The notes below the pieces were generated by a model. The model had not been told where the DNA came from. It saw only the letters and a program-made list of their open reading frames with translations, and did no database searches. DNA of 7,140 nt, taken from the NCBI RefSeq assembly GCF_003334385.1, contig NZ_QOWN01000073.1; one strand, written 5' to 3'. This document shows, piece by piece, positions 5,789 to 7,140 of the stretch; the first letter of the stretch is position 1; each line of letters begins with the position of its first letter. The stretch is from Escherichia coli (lineage in GTDB: Bacteria; Pseudomonadota; Gammaproteobacteria; Enterobacterales; Enterobacteriaceae). Position numbers and translations under genes: made by a program.

Positions 5789-7140
5789 ATGAAACGACAT
5801 CTGAATACCTGCTACAGGCTGGTATGGAATCACATTACGGGCGCTTTCGTGGTTGCCTCCGAACTGGCCCGCGCACGGGGTAAACGTGGCGGTGTGGCGG
5901 TTGCACTGTCTCTTGCCGCGGTCACGTCACTCCCGGTGCTGGCTGCTGACATCGTTGTGCACCCGGGTGAAACAGTGAATGGCGGAACACTGGTAAACCA
6001 TGACAACCAGTTTGTATCCGGAACAGCTGATGGCGTGACTGTCAGTACCGGGCTTGAGCTGGGGCCGGACAGTGACGAAAACACCGGCGGGCAATGGATA
6101 AAAGCGGGTGGCACAGGCAGAAACACCACTGTCACCGCAAATGGTCGTCAGATTGTGCAGGCAGGAGGAACTGCCAGTGATACGGTTATTCGTGATGGCG
6201 GAGGGCAGAGCCTTAACGGACTGGCGGTGAACACCACGCTGGATAACAGAGGTGAGCAGTGGGTACACGGGGGAGGGAAAGCTGCCGGTACAATTATTAA
6301 CCAGGATGGTTACCAGACCATAAAACATGGCGGACTGGCAACCGGAACCATCGTCAACACCGGTGCAGAAGGTGGTCCGGAGTCTGAAAATGTGTCCAGC
6401 GGTCAGATGGTCGGAGGGACGGCTGAATCCACCACCATCAACAAAAATGGCCGGCAGGTTATCTGGTCTTCGGGGATGGCACGGGACCCCCTCATTTACG
6501 CCGGTGGTGACCAGACGGTACACGGAGAGGCACATAACACCCGGCTGGAGGGGGGTAACCAGTATGTACACAACGGTGGCACGGCAACAGAGACGCTGAT
6601 AAACCGTGATGGCTGGCAGGTGATTAAGGAAGGAGGAACTGCCGCGCATACCACCATCAACCAGAAAGGAAAGCTGCAGGTGAATGCCGGCGGTAAAGCG
6701 TCTGATGTCACCCAGAACACGGGCGGTGCACTGGTTACCAGTACAGCTGCAACCGTCACCGGCACAAACCGCCTGGGAGCATTCTCCGTTGTGGCGGGTA
6801 AGGCTGATAATGTCGTACTGGAAAATGGCGGACGTCTGGATGTGCTGAGCGGACACACAGCCACTAATACCCGCGTGGATGATGGCGGAACGCTGGATGT
6901 CCGCAATGGTGGTACCGCTACCACCGTATCCATGGGGAATGGCGGGGTACTGCTGGCCGATTCCGGGGCCGCTGTCAGTGGTACCCGGAGCGACGGAACG
7001 GCATTCCGTATCGGAGGCGGTCAGGCGGATGCCCTGATGCTGGAAAAAGGCAGTTCCTTCACACTGAACGCCGGTGATACGGCCACGGATACCACGGTAA
7101 ATGGCGGACTGTTCACCGCCAGGGGCGGCACACTGGCGGG
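5789..7140 (+). CDS. flu: antigen 43 (Ag43) self-associating autotransporter adhesin, 5' partial (first ~450 codons; continues beyond window end)
   Basis: ATG at 5789 with AAGGA at 5777-5781 (7-nt spacer). Translation begins MKRHLNTCYRLVWNHITGAFVVASELARARGKRGGVAVALSLAAVTSLPVLAADIVVHPGETVNGGTL..., the extended autotransporter signal peptide of Ag43 (predicted cleavage after ...PVLA, about nt 5944). It continues with the beta-helix passenger repeats (GGTA..T.VN.GG pattern). Recognised from recall of Ag43; no stop codon in frame before 7140. Confidence 0.95.
   Translation, partial: MKRHLNTCYRLVWNHITGAFVVASELARARGKRGGVAVALSLAAVTSLPVLAADIVVHPGETVNGGTLVNHDNQFVSGTADGVTVSTGLELGPDSDENTGGQWIKAGGTGRNTTVTANGRQIVQAGGTASDTVIRDGGGQSLNGLAVNTTLDNRGEQWVHGGGKAAGTIINQDGYQTIKHGGLATGTIVNTGAEGGPESENVSSGQMVGGTAESTTINKNGRQVIWSSGMARDPLIYAGGDQTVHGEAHNTRLEGGNQYVHNGGTATETLINRDGWQVIKEGGTAAHTTINQKGKLQVNAGGKASDVTQNTGGALVTSTAATVTGTNRLGAFSVVAGKADNVVLENGGRLDVLSGHTATNTRVDDGGTLDVRNGGTATTVSMGNGGVLLADSGAAVSGTRSDGTAFRIGGGQADALMLEKGSSFTLNAGDTATDTTVNGGLFTARGGTLA

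Noticed and set aside
5927-6856. 309-aa minus-strand ORF, plus overlapping minus-strand ORFs 5830..6135 and 6496..6933
   Set aside because: They lie entirely antisense to the confidently identified flu (Ag43) coding sequence. Long shadow ORFs are expected opposite GC-rich, repeat-encoding genes; the translations are low-complexity (S/T/P/V-rich) and lack starts with RBS.

Overview
This window reads as a segment of an Escherichia-type horizontally acquired island of the CP4-44 / 'yeeP-flu' kind. From left to right: (i) a ~775 bp region with no convincing gene; (ii) a small AlpA-family HTH regulator (776..982, +); (iii) an uncharacterised 190-aa protein (1068..1640, +); (iv) a convergent ~496-aa protein with degenerate Walker A/B motifs that I tentatively place in the DUF3987/YfjI-like family (1761..3251, -); (v) a ~1.3 kb AT-rich, ORF-poor divergent intergenic region (3252..4582) containing a perfect 30-bp palindrome, short direct repeats and promoter-like sequences; (vi) a strong intrinsic-terminator-like hairpin ending 15 nt before an intact YeeP/YkfA-family GTPase gene (4583..5455, +); (vii) the agn43 (flu) regulatory region with three clustered CGATCG Dam sites and a leader terminator; (viii) the first ~450 codons of flu (antigen 43 autotransporter, 5789..7140+, runs off the window). 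The GTPase/flu module is confidently recognised. The AlpA-linked two-gene cargo and the structured AT-rich region are the parts not explained by well-characterised biology and are the best candidates for something new, but I cannot assign a system from sequence alone. All family assignments are from reading motifs and recall, with no database search run.
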